64,000 nt of DNA, taken from sequence record OR670491.1; one strand, given 5' to 3'. Position numbers and translations under genes: made by a program. Below, piece after piece: positions 29,662 to 39,937 of the stretch. The notes beneath the pieces were generated by a model that did no database searches, was not told the origin of the DNA, and saw only the letters and a list, made by a program, of their open reading frames with translations. The first letter of the stretch is position 1. Each line of letters starts with the position of its first letter.

Positions 29662-31398
29662 ATGAGTTGGAAACGACATATGACAGTTGGGAGATCGAAA
29701 CTTTCGAAAACCCCAAATCAGTCCAGTAATAGCAATAAAACTACAGGTTCAAAGTCAAATTTCGCTTCGTACCTACCAATAGTTTATAATGGTCTGGCTA
29801 ACCGTACTGATCGTTATAGTCAGTACGACCAAATGGACCAAGATCCTGAAATTAGAACTGCTCTAAACATTATAGCAGACTTCTGTACACAAAGTACTGA
29901 GGATTTTGGTCTACCTTACAAAATTAAATATAAAGACGATATCGGTGATACCGAAGTCACTACCATTGAAGACCGTCTTGATGCTTGGACAGAACAAAAC
30001 GACTTCAAAACCAGAATGTATGAAATTGTTCGTGGCCTTTTAAAATACGGCGACCAATTCTTTATTCGTGACCCTGAAACATATGACTGGTACTGGGTAA
30101 GCCCACAAAACGTTGAACAAGTATTTGTCAACGAGGCAACAGGCAAAACCCCAGTTATCTATTATATTCGTGACGTATCATTGAATCTAAAAGATAAAGT
30201 CTTTAGTAACCTTCAAGTTGGTTTTGACAAAACAGCATATCCTGGTGGCATCCCATCTACTCTAGGTGGCGGCGGTGCAGTAGCAGCAGGTGGTGCTTCC
30301 GGCTTCACTAACCAAGGAAATACCTCCGACCCATTCAGTACTAACGGTCGTATGGATGTTATCCCAGTTGGTGCAGAACACGTCATTCACCTAACACTAA
30401 ATACAGGACAAGATGGCGTTTGGCCTTTTGGTTCTAGTATACTCGAAGATGTCTTTAAAGTATATAAACAAAAAGAGCTACTCGAAGATAGTATCATTAT
30501 CTATCGTGTTCAGCGTGCTCCAGAACGTCGCGTATTTAAAATTGACTGCGGTGATATGCAAACACACCAAGCTATGGCTTATGTAGAACGCTTCAAAAAT
30601 GAAATACACCAACGCCGTATACCTTCTAATAAAGGTGGCAGTACTTCACTAATGGATGCAGCATATAACCCACTAAGTATTCTAGAAGATTACTTTTTCC
30701 CACAAACTTCAGAAGGTCGTGGTTCAGATGTTCAAACCCTACCTGGTGGTGATAACTTAGGTCAGATTGATGACTTACGTTACTTTAATAATAAATTAGT
30801 TCGTGGCCTACAAATCCCAGCATCATACCTTCCACAAGGTCCAGATGATGGCGGTGTTTCAATGTTTGGTGACGGTGCAACACAAGCAATGGCAAGTGAA
30901 CTTCGTTTTAATAACCAATGTATGCGTTATCAACGTTTAGTACAAAAAGTATTTGATAGTGAATTTAAACGTTTTATGGTTAAAAATGGATACAACATTA
31001 GTACTTCTTCTTTTGAAGTAATTATGAATCCACCAATGAACCTAGCATCTTACCGTAAAGCAGAACTAGATGCAAAACTAATTAACACTTACATGCCATT
31101 GAATGATCTACCTTATATGTCTAAACAGACTATTCTTAAGAAAATGGGCTTCTCCCAAGCTGATATTGTTGAAAACGAACAATTGTGGCTACAAGAAAAC
31201 CCTCAAGACGGTAGTAATCAACCGACTTCAGAAGACGATGCAGCAGGTTTACAATCAGTTGGTATCGACGCTCCAAATGACCCAGGAATGGATTTAGGGT
31301 TGGATGACGAAGGAAACTTGGAAAGTGCTGATGCAGAATACCAAGAACAACAAGGAAGTGCCTCTTTTGACCCGAATAATTTAGGCGATTCTTTTTAA
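29662..31398 (+). CDS. gp20: Portal protein
   Basis: YKQKELLEDSIIIYRVQRAPERRVFKID, LEDYFFP...GRGSDVQTLPGG.NLG.IDD..YF are T4 gp20 hallmarks. Confidence 0.95.
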   Translation: MSWKRHMTVGRSKLSKTPNQSSNSNKTTGSKSNFASYLPIVYNGLANRTDRYSQYDQMDQDPEIRTALNIIADFCTQSTEDFGLPYKIKYKDDIGDTEVTTIEDRLDAWTEQNDFKTRMYEIVRGLLKYGDQFFIRDPETYDWYWVSPQNVEQVFVNEATGKTPVIYYIRDVSLNLKDKVFSNLQVGFDKTAYPGGIPSTLGGGGAVAAGGASGFTNQGNTSDPFSTNGRMDVIPVGAEHVIHLTLNTGQDGVWPFGSSILEDVFKVYKQKELLEDSIIIYRVQRAPERRVFKIDCGDMQTHQAMAYVERFKNEIHQRRIPSNKGGSTSLMDAAYNPLSILEDYFFPQTSEGRGSDVQTLPGGDNLGQIDDLRYFNNKLVRGLQIPASYLPQGPDDGGVSMFGDGATQAMASELRFNNQCMRYQRLVQKVFDSEFKRFMVKNGYNISTSSFEVIMNPPMNLASYRKAELDAKLINTYMPLNDLPYMSKQTILKKMGFSQADIVENEQLWLQENPQDGSNQPTSEDDAAGLQSVGIDAPNDPGMDLGLDDEGNLESADAEYQEQQGSASFDPNNLGDSF

Positions 31399-31472
31399 TA
31401 ATAAATAACAATGTATAAAAATGAGGGTGATTAATTCATCCTCATTATAATGCATTATTCAAAGGAGACGAA

Positions 31473-31700
31473 ATGTTAAAGGACATCTTTGAATCTAGCA
31501 GTGATTCTATGTACGACCCTGAAGATGATCAGAACGTTTATAAAATTACTGATTCTCGTAAACCAAAATTAACATTACAAGTACTGAACAATTTAAGAAA
31601 GTACCGTGAGTTTAAGGCACATGAAGAACAACGACGCAAAGCAGTTGTTGCAGTTGTTTATGCCCCAGCACCCGCTGGAGATGGTTCTGGATTAATGTAA
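31473..31700 (+). CDS. Small head-module protein
   Basis: 75 aa with GGAG RBS between portal and core genes; late promoter at 31401-31407. Confidence 0.7.
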   Translation: MLKDIFESSSDSMYDPEDDQNVYKITDSRKPKLTLQVLNNLRKYREFKAHEEQRRKAVVAVVYAPAPAGDGSGLM

Positions 31701-31800
31701 ACAAAAATCGCACTTTTTAAAGCGTTTAAAAATGGCGAAATTTTTCAGTACTAAATAATATCATACTTTATACGAATATAATATATCTATGGAGGATATA

Positions 31801-32643
31801 ATGGCGAATTTAAAACTACTACAAGAAGCAATTGAAGCTTTCGCAAACGGCGAGCAAGATGTTGCAGATAAAAAAATGCGTAAGTACTTTGTTGAGCAAG
31901 CTCAAGAAATTAACAAAGAACTAGAAGAAAGCATGGAAGACGAAGAAGAAATTGAAGTCAAGGATGAAGAAAAACTTGATGAAGATTTCGATGTACAACC
32001 TGATGCTGGCCTAAACTCTGAAATCGAATTCGCTCTAGGTGAAGAAGATGAAAGTGCCGAAGCTGAAGTCGAAGAATTTGGTTCTGAAGACGATGGCGAA
32101 GTTGAAGTTGGTGCTGAAGAAGAAGTTGAAGGTGATGCTGGTGTTCCTTCCGAAGATCAATGGGAATCCATTCAAGATGCTTTCCGTGGCCTACAAGACA
32201 TGTTTGATGAAATCGGTGGCGATGTAGACGTTGACCTAGACTCTGAAGAAGAAGTTGAAGGTGATGTTGAAGAATTTGGTGCTGATGGTGAAGAAGCAGA
32301 AGACGAATTTAGTGATGTTCAATTCGGTGATGAAAAAGTTGGTGAATCTTTCAAACTAAAACCAGTAGCTGGTGTTGATAAGAAAGAAAAAGCTGGTGCT
32401 AACACCAAGTCCCCAGTGGCTGGTCAAGCAAAATCTCCAGTAGCTGGCGTAGAACCAGTTAAATTCGCTAAAGCAACCGAAACTCAAGTTGATGACGATT
32501 TCGAAACCGCTGACACCCTATCTGCTAAGAAAGAAGATATGGCTAAAAATGCTCGTGGTGAAATGAAAGACGTTAAAGCACCTAAAGTTGCCGCTGCTGC
32601 GAAAAGTCGCTCAGTACTACCAAAATCTCAACCAAAAATCTAA
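31801..32643 (+). CDS. Highly acidic prohead core/scaffold-like protein
   Basis: Glu/Asp-rich middle and Lys-rich C-terminus; position between portal and protease; high-expression codon usage. Confidence 0.6.
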   Translation: MANLKLLQEAIEAFANGEQDVADKKMRKYFVEQAQEINKELEESMEDEEEIEVKDEEKLDEDFDVQPDAGLNSEIEFALGEEDESAEAEVEEFGSEDDGEVEVGAEEEVEGDAGVPSEDQWESIQDAFRGLQDMFDEIGGDVDVDLDSEEEVEGDVEEFGADGEEAEDEFSDVQFGDEKVGESFKLKPVAGVDKKEKAGANTKSPVAGQAKSPVAGVEPVKFAKATETQVDDDFETADTLSAKKEDMAKNARGEMKDVKAPKVAAAAKSRSVLPKSQPKI

Positions 32644-32674
32644 CAATAAATAAAAGAAAGAAGGAGATCATTAT

Positions 32675-33295
32675 ATGAGTATGATTCGTGAATGGTCTTC
32701 ATTCAATGATTCTAATATTGTTCTGGAACATCGTGATAACGGATTTGGCGGTCGTGATTGCTACCTACGTGGTATTGCAATTCAGGCCGACCAAAGAAAC
32801 TTGAACGAGAGAATTTACCCTTTATCTGAAATTACGAAGGCCGTAAATAATATGGGTCAACGTTTAGCTAAAGGGGAAAGCATTCTAGTAGAATGTGACC
32901 ATCCAGAAACATTAACCATTAACCTAGACCGTGTAGCTGCAATGATTACCAAAGTCTGGATGGAAGGTGCTAATGGTATGGCAGAAATCAAATTGCTTGA
33001 TACTGCTCATGGTCAAAATATTCGTAAAATGCTAGAGGCTGGCGTAAAACTTGGTGTCAGTTCACGCGGTTCCGGTAACGTAGATTATAATGGAATAGTT
33101 TCTGATTTTGAAATTATCACTATCGATATTGTTGCTCAACCTAGTGCTCCAGAGGCATACCCAACTGCGGTATTTGAATCTCTAATGAGCAAGTACGGAT
33201 CACCTTGTAATAGTCCTAAAAAAATCAATGAATCTAAAACAGTAAATAATGTAGATTCTGAAATTTACGATTTTTTCAAGAAATTAAAAGGTTAA
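32675..33295 (+). CDS. gp21: Prohead protease
   Basis: NLNERIYP, ECDHP, LGVSSRGSG, DIVAQPSAPEAY. Confidence 0.92.
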   Translation: MSMIREWSSFNDSNIVLEHRDNGFGGRDCYLRGIAIQADQRNLNERIYPLSEITKAVNNMGQRLAKGESILVECDHPETLTINLDRVAAMITKVWMEGANGMAEIKLLDTAHGQNIRKMLEAGVKLGVSSRGSGNVDYNGIVSDFEIITIDIVAQPSAPEAYPTAVFESLMSKYGSPCNSPKKINESKTVNNVDSEIYDFFKKLKG

Positions 33296-33306
33296 CATTT
33301 TAAAAA

Positions 33307-33314
33307 TATAAATA
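33307..33314 (+). promoter_or_regulatory. Late promoter TATAAATA (scaffold gene)
   Basis: Exact consensus upstream of 33363. Confidence 0.7.
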
Positions 33315-33362
33315 TCTGTATGTTGAAGTACAGATATTTCAGTACTTAAAGGAGAGAACAGG

Positions 33363-34478
33363 ATGTCTAAATTAGAAAAGCTTCTAAAAGAATCATCACT
33401 TTCTGATGAGGCAAAACAGCTAATTCAGGAAGCATGGAATGAAGAAAAGAATACACTTGCCGCAGAAATGCGTGAAGAAATGAAAGGTCGATACAAACAA
33501 GATTTGTCCGAGCTAACCGAAGGTCTAAATACTATGGTTACTCAAGTTATCGCTGAAGAAATGGGTGCAGTATATGATGAGAAAAAACGTCTTGTAGAAG
33601 ACCGTGTAACTCTTCGTAAAACCCTAGGTAATTTCTCTCAGTTCGCAAACTCTGTATTGGCTGAAGAAGTCAAACAACTACGTAAAGAACGTAAACATCT
33701 AAGAGAAAGTATGAGCAAATTTGTTAATTTCTCAAACGGTATCTTAGCTGAAGAACTAAAAGAATTCCACGTGGAAAAACGTCAACTAGTAGAAACTCGC
33801 GTTAAACTACTTGCTGAAGGTTCCCGTCAAATTGCTGAAGCACGTAACAACTTCATCAAACGTACCTCTGAAAGTGCTGCTAAATACATTGCAGAAACAA
33901 CTCAGAAGAACCTATACGCTTTGAAACAAGATCTTGTTGAAGCAAAACAAAATATGTTTGGTCGTAAAATTTTCGAAGCATTTGCTCAAGAATTCCATAT
34001 CAAACAATTTAACGAGAATTCACTTCTACGTTCCCTAACTGAATCAGTTAAGTCTAAAGAAGACGAAATTGCTCAAGTTAAATCTGAACTAAATGAATCT
34101 GTTGCTGCTGTTAAAGCTGCGAAAACCAAACTCCGTATTATGGAAGATACTCAAACCCGTAATGCAATTATGTCCGAGTTGGTGAAGCCACTAAATACTC
34201 AGCAAAAACAAATTATGGAATCCCTTCTAGCTACTTCTCCTACAGAAAAGCTTAAAGACGATTTCAGCAAGTACCATAAGTCAGTACTTAACGGTACTAA
34301 AGTAAATGAATCTGCTACCTCTCGTCAAGCAGTTCAGTCTTCAGCTAAGAAAACTCTTGCCGAAGGTAAAGTAATCACTGGCAACCGTCAGGCTATTGTT
34401 GAAAGCGAAGAAATGACCGCTGACGATATGGCATTCCTAAAAGAACTCGATGTTCTTTCTGGTATCAATAAAAAATAA
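33363..34478 (+). CDS. gp22: Prohead scaffolding protein
   Basis: Long coiled-coil protein between protease and MCP, with many L/V-x-E cleavage-like sites. Confidence 0.8.
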   Translation: MSKLEKLLKESSLSDEAKQLIQEAWNEEKNTLAAEMREEMKGRYKQDLSELTEGLNTMVTQVIAEEMGAVYDEKKRLVEDRVTLRKTLGNFSQFANSVLAEEVKQLRKERKHLRESMSKFVNFSNGILAEELKEFHVEKRQLVETRVKLLAEGSRQIAEARNNFIKRTSESAAKYIAETTQKNLYALKQDLVEAKQNMFGRKIFEAFAQEFHIKQFNENSLLRSLTESVKSKEDEIAQVKSELNESVAAVKAAKTKLRIMEDTQTRNAIMSELVKPLNTQQKQIMESLLATSPTEKLKDDFSKYHKSVLNGTKVNESATSRQAVQSSAKKTLAEGKVITGNRQAIVESEEMTADDMAFLKELDVLSGINKK

Positions 34479-34516
34479 ACATTTTAAAGCATTTTAATAA
34501 TCAATCTTTTCAGTTC

Positions 34517-34524
34517 TATAAATA
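34517..34524 (+). promoter_or_regulatory. Late promoter TATAAATA (major capsid gene)
   Basis: Exact consensus 46 nt upstream of the MCP ATG. Confidence 0.75.
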
Positions 34525-34569
34525 ATATCATACTGAAAAACGAATATAACATCTTTAAGGAGATATACA

Positions 34570-35745
34570 ATGTCACAACTACTAAATGAATCCAAATGGG
34601 TAGCAGTTAAAGAGAAACTAGTTGAAGGTCTACAAGGTACTCGTAAGTCCGTAATGGAAACCGTACTTGATAACCATCGTAAACTAATGCTTAACGAATC
34701 TGCTACTTCTGGTGCAACCACCGCTGGTAACATCGCTACTCTAAACAAAGTGATTCTACCAATTATGCGTCGTGTAATGCCTACCGTAATCGCTAACGAA
34801 ATCATCGGTGTTCAGCCAATGACTGGCCCAGTTGGTCAGATCCACACCCTACGTGTTCAATATGCTGACAACGCTCCTGGTGTTATCGCTGGTGAAGAAA
34901 TGCTTTCTCCATACAAAATCGCTAAAGCGTATTCTGGTGAACTAAACGCTGACAACAGCAACCCACAAGCTGCTCCTACTAGCCAACTAGAAGGTACTAT
35001 GGGTCGTCGCGTTAACATCCGTATCCTACGTGAAACTGTTGAAGCGAAATCTCGTCGTCTATCTGCACGTTGGACTGTTGAATCTGCACAAGATGCTCAA
35101 TCCCAACATGGTATCGATGTTGAAGCTGAACTAATGGCTGCTATCGCTCAAGAAGTTACCGTTGAAATCGACCAAGAGCTACTAAGCCGTCTACGTGCAC
35201 TACCTGGTGCTGCTGCTGTAACTTATGACCAATCTAAAGTTACTGGTGTTGCTACCTTCGTTGGTGACGAACACGCCGCTCTAGCTACTCTAATCAACCG
35301 TCAAGCGAACGAAGTTGCTCGTCGTACCAAACGTGGTGCTGCGAACTGGGCTGTTGTTTCTCCAACCGCTCTAACCATTCTACAGTCTGCAACTACTTCT
35401 AGTTTTGCACGTACTACTGAAGGTACTTTCGAAGCTCCAACTAACGTTAAATTTGTTGGTACTCTAAACAGTACTATGCGTATTTTTGTAGACACTTACG
35501 CCAGCGATGTCGAGGACATTTTGATTGGTTATAAAGGTAATGCAGAAACTGATGCTGGTGTATTCTACTGCCCATACATCCCACTAATGGCATCTGGTAC
35601 TGTAATGGACCCTAACACTGGAGAACTCGTTACGACCTTCTTGACACGTTATGGTTACGTTCAACTAACTGACTCAACCAGTTCTTTAGGTAATGCTGCG
35701 GATTACTACAGCAAAATCGCTATCAAAAACGTTACTTTCATGTAA
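34570..35745 (+). CDS. gp23: Major capsid protein
   Basis: GVQPMTGPVGQI, AKSRRLSARWTVESAQD, EIDQE, FYCPYIP, TRYG as in T4 gp23. Confidence 0.96.
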   Translation: MSQLLNESKWVAVKEKLVEGLQGTRKSVMETVLDNHRKLMLNESATSGATTAGNIATLNKVILPIMRRVMPTVIANEIIGVQPMTGPVGQIHTLRVQYADNAPGVIAGEEMLSPYKIAKAYSGELNADNSNPQAAPTSQLEGTMGRRVNIRILRETVEAKSRRLSARWTVESAQDAQSQHGIDVEAELMAAIAQEVTVEIDQELLSRLRALPGAAAVTYDQSKVTGVATFVGDEHAALATLINRQANEVARRTKRGAANWAVVSPTALTILQSATTSSFARTTEGTFEAPTNVKFVGTLNSTMRIFVDTYASDVEDILIGYKGNAETDAGVFYCPYIPLMASGTVMDPNTGELVTTFLTRYGYVQLTDSTSSLGNAADYYSKIAIKNVTFM

Positions 35746-35789
35746 TTGTAAACGATTTAAAAGATTTAATCAAGAATTTAAAAACAATA

Positions 35790-35815
35790 GGGACTCTTCG
35801 GAGTCCCTTTTCTTT
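35790..35815 (+). terminator. Strong intrinsic terminator after MCP
   Basis: GGGACTC-TTCG-GAGTCCC followed by TTTTCTTTT. Confidence 0.9.
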
Positions 35816-35889
35816 TGTAAATACACTTGCACTACATACGTAATCGTGATATTATATTTTTATGGTAAACACAAGGATTTTCTTAAATT

Positions 35890-36888
35890 ATGGCTAGTAA
35901 ATTTAATGAACAATATTATGTTGATAAAATTGAAGGTATCATCAAACGTAATAACTTGAACATGAAATTCATAAAAATCATAAACTTCAAAAATGCTAAA
36001 AGTAATTTTTGTTATACATGTTGGGATTGTAAGTCTTCAGTACTGGAAACTAATATAGATAATTTTTCAACCCGCAAAAAATGTCAACACTGTGGTATTA
36101 TGAAACAACAGCACGGTACTAGTGTTCCAAAAACTGAAAGTCAATATAGACATGAATGTTTAAAACGTATTAAGCAAGAGAAAAAACCGTGGGAATATAT
36201 TAAAACCATTAGCTATAATGACAAGAAAAACTCTAGAGTGGAATTCCACTGTAAAAAGCATGAGCGTAATTTCATTGTTACATTTGATGATTTCTTGGGT
36301 AACAAAAGTGGTTGCGTGGACTGTGGAATAGAACGCACTAGTGAGTCCAAAAGAAAAGACCTCAAAACAATGAAATCCCAGTTGATAGGAATTCATGGTG
36401 AAAAGTACACCTATGATGATTTTCAATATGATGAAAGTTATGATTATCACAGTACTGAATGTGTATTTGGATGTCCCATACACAAAGACGTGAAGATTTA
36501 TAAAACTGTACCAAACTTTAGAAAAACTGATAGAGAACATTGTCCTGTGTGCAACGAACGTGAAGGAACAATGCGTGAACCATCAACACTATACGTCCAA
36601 CGTATAACACACCCAAGTAAAGGTGTATTTTATAAGTTAGGTGTAACTAACGATATAAGCCGTAGGATTAGTCAACAAAAACATTATGCAAACACTGAAC
36701 ATGAAGTATTGTTGATTGAAGATTTTGAAACTCGTAGAGAAGCACAAGACTTAGAACAGAAAATAAAAGGTACTATAACTAACAAGGTAGTTGATAAAGA
36801 AGATTTCCCTGATGGATACACTGAAACTTTCAATGAATCTGATTTAGACTTAGTACTATCCATGATTAAAGAATGGAAAGCTATGTAA
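35890..36888 (+). mobile_element. Free-standing homing endonuclease: Cys/His repeats plus C-terminal GIY-YIG-like domain
   Basis: Repeats such as HCKKHERNF...SGCVDCG and CPIHKD...HCPVC; C-terminal STLYVQRI...FYKLGVTNDISRR...E; AT-rich with atypical codons; directly after the MCP terminator. Confidence 0.7.
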
Positions 36889-36951
36889 CTAAACTAAAAG
36901 GAGTTGACAAGGATGTTAACTGTATACTTATTTCGCAAAGAAGAGTACTTA

Positions 36952-37263
36952 ATGAGTCAGTACTCAAACATTGAGATTAATGTTCCATACGGCACGTATG
37001 TTGCTTATGATGAAGAAAGTGAAACATTGCATTACTATGATGACAAATTAGATTATAGTACTGAAAAGTTTATTGAAGATGTACTAACCTGTAGTACTGA
37101 AGAAATGGTGTATGAAATCTATCTCCAGAAGTACAGAGAACGTATGTCCAAGGTACATGCAGACGCACCAGTACTGAACATTAACCAGACTCCCTCCGAA
37201 TTCCAACCTTCCAACCCATTCCAGCGTTTAATAGATGCTGGGGTAAATTTCCGAATTAGTTAG
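36952..37263 (+). CDS. Hypothetical acidic protein
   Basis: ORF with probable start MSQYSNIE; no recognised motif. Confidence 0.55.
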   Translation: MSQYSNIEINVPYGTYVAYDEESETLHYYDDKLDYSTEKFIEDVLTCSTEEMVYEIYLQKYRERMSKVHADAPVLNINQTPSEFQPSNPFQRLIDAGVNFRIS

Positions 37264-37301
37264 ATGATAAATATCTTCATAATAAAATGGAGATATTTTC
37301 T

Positions 37302-37610
37302 ATGTCACAAATATGTTATGTAATAACTAATGCTGCTTGGCCTGAGTATGTAAAGATTGGATTTACATCCAAATCAGAGATGACAGAAAGATTACGAACA
37401 TACCAAACTGCGACCCCATTCCGTGATTTTGAAGTGTATCATGAGGTTAAGTTCCCTGATGCTAGGGTTGCAGAGAAAGAGATTCATAAAAGACTAAAGC
37501 AGATGAATGCGACACGTCAGCCTAATACTGAGTGGTTCAAGATGCCTAAGAAGCTGGCAGCTAATATAGTTGACTCTGTACTTGACGATATGGAGAACGA
37601 TTTACTTTAG
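37302..37610 (+). CDS. T5orf172/GIY-YIG-superfamily domain protein
   Basis: CYVITNAAWPEYVKIGFT...ERLRTYQT...E..IH..L...R...EWF; ATAAATA at 37267-37273. Confidence 0.75.
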   Translation: MSQICYVITNAAWPEYVKIGFTSKSEMTERLRTYQTATPFRDFEVYHEVKFPDARVAEKEIHKRLKQMNATRQPNTEWFKMPKKLAANIVDSVLDDMENDLL

Positions 37611-37650
37611 TAATAAATATAGTATATATTAATCATAAAGGGATTTATAC

Positions 37651-39324
37651 ATGAGCATAAGTTTTAATAACCCATTAGATACTATGACCAGTACTGGTGG
37701 TAACGGGTCATTGGAACTAATAGTGCTTGGTGGTACACCAACTAACCCAAGACCTATCCGTTTCAATTCATCATCAGTCATCATTCCAGTACAGACTTTA
37801 CCAGCGGGTGAAGCGGGTGCATTAGTATTTGACCGAGCGGAAGCAGTACTGAAATATCATAACGGTACTAGCTGGATTGCAGTATATGACACTGATACAA
37901 TTCTTGAACCAATTCGTTTATCTTTAGAAGAAGTAAACAGAAAATTAAATTTAAAAGTAGAAACTGTTTCTTATAGTAGTGGTTCTGTGCCGACTGCAAG
38001 TATCAGTGGTACTAACCTGAATATCGTATTCCCACTTCCTTCATCTTCTGGTGGTACTGGTCCAACTGGTCTATACACTTCAATGAAGCCTGGGGCAATT
38101 ACACAATATTCCTTGACTTCTGGACAATCTGTTAGTAGTATACGTGAACAGATGTCGGGTACTAGCGGTGGACAGAGTGGTAGAAACGGTACACAGAGTT
38201 CACCTTGGAAAACTTCCGATGGTTGGTGTTTTGCTGACGGAATGTGGTGGACATGGGCTGGTGATAGTGGTACAGTAACCAAACAAGTACCGAACCTTAA
38301 CCAGAACGCTTACTTGAAAGGTATGACCACAAGTGGTGTAACCAAAACTGATTCAACTATCAGTGGTAGTGGTTCTATCAGCAGTACTACATTGTCTATT
38401 GCACAGATACCTGCGATGCAATTTAGTTTTAGTGGAACAACTGGTGGTGGTGGTCGTCACAGTCATAGTCAAGCACTAAAAGGTATGGATAGAAGCGGTC
38501 TGAACGCATTGACATCAAGTAATGATAATGGTATACCTACAGTCATTAGTAACATTAACGAAGCTCCTGACCACGTTCACAGCTTCAGTGGTGTGACAAA
38601 CTGGCAAGGTGGTGGTCAAGGCCATACTCATGGACTTTCAGGTGTTGACGTAGACCACTTTAATGTGGCATACTTATACAACATTGCAGAATCCAACGTA
38701 GCATTAAGTGAAACAGTAGCTAACACTCGTTATGTACTGAAAACTGGTGATACAATGTCTGGTGCGTTGTCTATTGCGAACAGTGTTACAGTTCGTTCTA
38801 ATGATACATCATTAGTGTTCTATTTTAGAAATACTTCTGGTGGGGAACGTGCCGCAATTTATCATAGTTCTTCAAACAACACACTACGTTTAAGAAGTGC
38901 AGGTGGTACAGAAGTTTCTATCAACACAAGTGGTGGTTTATCTGCATCATCTCTATCAGCATCTTCTGCTACTATTAGTGGAACAGCAACAGCTAACGCA
39001 GTTTCATCTGCATCATTAACTGTATCTGGTCAATCTGCTGTAGTCGGTGGTAAAAACGTTGTTCGTTCAATCAACAACACGACTGCTGATAGTAATGGTA
39101 ACGTTACATTGACACTAGGTTCTGTGCAGGGTTTCCGTTTGGGTGCTAGAGTACAAAGTGGTAAACTATCAGCATCATCATGGAACTATGCACCAGATGG
39201 ATCAGTATTAGATGGTATATGGTTATCAGGTAATGGTAGTACTGGTACACACGTGGACAACTTTAGTTATCGCCAAATGGAAGTTCTCGTTAATGGAGTT
39301 TGGAAAATGGTAGATGTACTATAA
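37651..39324 (+). CDS. Tail fibre/receptor-binding protein with collar-like domain
   Basis: GWCFADG...VPNL collar-like motif, HSH/HVH/HTH metal-binding repeats, Ser/Gly-rich shaft, C-terminal FRLG...YRQMEVLVNGVWKMV tip of the kind found in enterobacterial phage fibres. Confidence 0.8.
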   Translation: MSISFNNPLDTMTSTGGNGSLELIVLGGTPTNPRPIRFNSSSVIIPVQTLPAGEAGALVFDRAEAVLKYHNGTSWIAVYDTDTILEPIRLSLEEVNRKLNLKVETVSYSSGSVPTASISGTNLNIVFPLPSSSGGTGPTGLYTSMKPGAITQYSLTSGQSVSSIREQMSGTSGGQSGRNGTQSSPWKTSDGWCFADGMWWTWAGDSGTVTKQVPNLNQNAYLKGMTTSGVTKTDSTISGSGSISSTTLSIAQIPAMQFSFSGTTGGGGRHSHSQALKGMDRSGLNALTSSNDNGIPTVISNINEAPDHVHSFSGVTNWQGGGQGHTHGLSGVDVDHFNVAYLYNIAESNVALSETVANTRYVLKTGDTMSGALSIANSVTVRSNDTSLVFYFRNTSGGERAAIYHSSSNNTLRLRSAGGTEVSINTSGGLSASSLSASSATISGTATANAVSSASLTVSGQSAVVGGKNVVRSINNTTADSNGNVTLTLGSVQGFRLGARVQSGKLSASSWNYAPDGSVLDGIWLSGNGSTGTHVDNFSYRQMEVLVNGVWKMVDVL

Positions 39325-39839
39325 TGATGAACTTAAAAAACTTTAAGAAGTATAAAAAGTACTCTGAGCCTGATGGGTTCTTATATTTGATATGTGATGA
39401 GGGCATCGATTGGTATGATGCCCGACCATTATTTCAGAAAGACAGTACTAAATTTATGTATGACTCGAAAACTGGTATTATTGTATCAGCGTCACGTGAC
39501 GTAAATGATATAACACCAATGAATTTCTGTGTTTCTGAAGTTGAATATAACGGTGACGTGAATAACTTGTATGGTATGGTTTTTGATGGAGTAAACATAT
39601 CTCCTTATATAGAAACTGAACAGGAACGTGTATCAAGAATAAAAAATGAGTTGACACATATCAAACGAAGTGTTATCATTGAAATGAATCATCTTAAAAT
39701 GACAATTGACTGTGGAGTTGCAACTGATGATGAAATTAAACAGTTTGAAAAATTTCAGAGTTATGTAGTCGAGTTGTCAAAAATCACTGATGATGAAATT
39801 TTGAATGAATCATTCGTGATTCCACATAAACCTGAATAA
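39324..39839 (+). CDS. Tail fibre assembly chaperone
   Basis: DEGIDWYDA...F...S.K..YD..G.I...S.D is typical of Tfa/Caudo_TAP-like proteins; start overlaps the fibre stop. Confidence 0.75.
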   Translation: MMNLKNFKKYKKYSEPDGFLYLICDEGIDWYDARPLFQKDSTKFMYDSKTGIIVSASRDVNDITPMNFCVSEVEYNGDVNNLYGMVFDGVNISPYIETEQERVSRIKNELTHIKRSVIIEMNHLKMTIDCGVATDDEIKQFEKFQSYVVELSKITDDEILNESFVIPHKPE

Positions 39840-39844
39840 AACTT

Positions 39845-39873
39845 TGGAACAAACCTCAAAGCAGTGATACAAT
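39845..39873 (+). promoter_or_regulatory. Early/middle-type promoter TGGAAC-N14-TGATACAAT
   Basis: Recurrent promoter geometry; upstream of the dsbA-like gene. Confidence 0.65.
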
Positions 39874-39937
39874 AAAGACAACCTCATAATAACGGGTTGT
39901 CTTATTTTTTCTAAAAACAAAATGGAGATATACACAA

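Noticed and set aside
36904-36928. TTGACA...TATACT as a sigma70 promoter
   Set aside because: Spacer is only 13 nt, too short for a canonical promoter.
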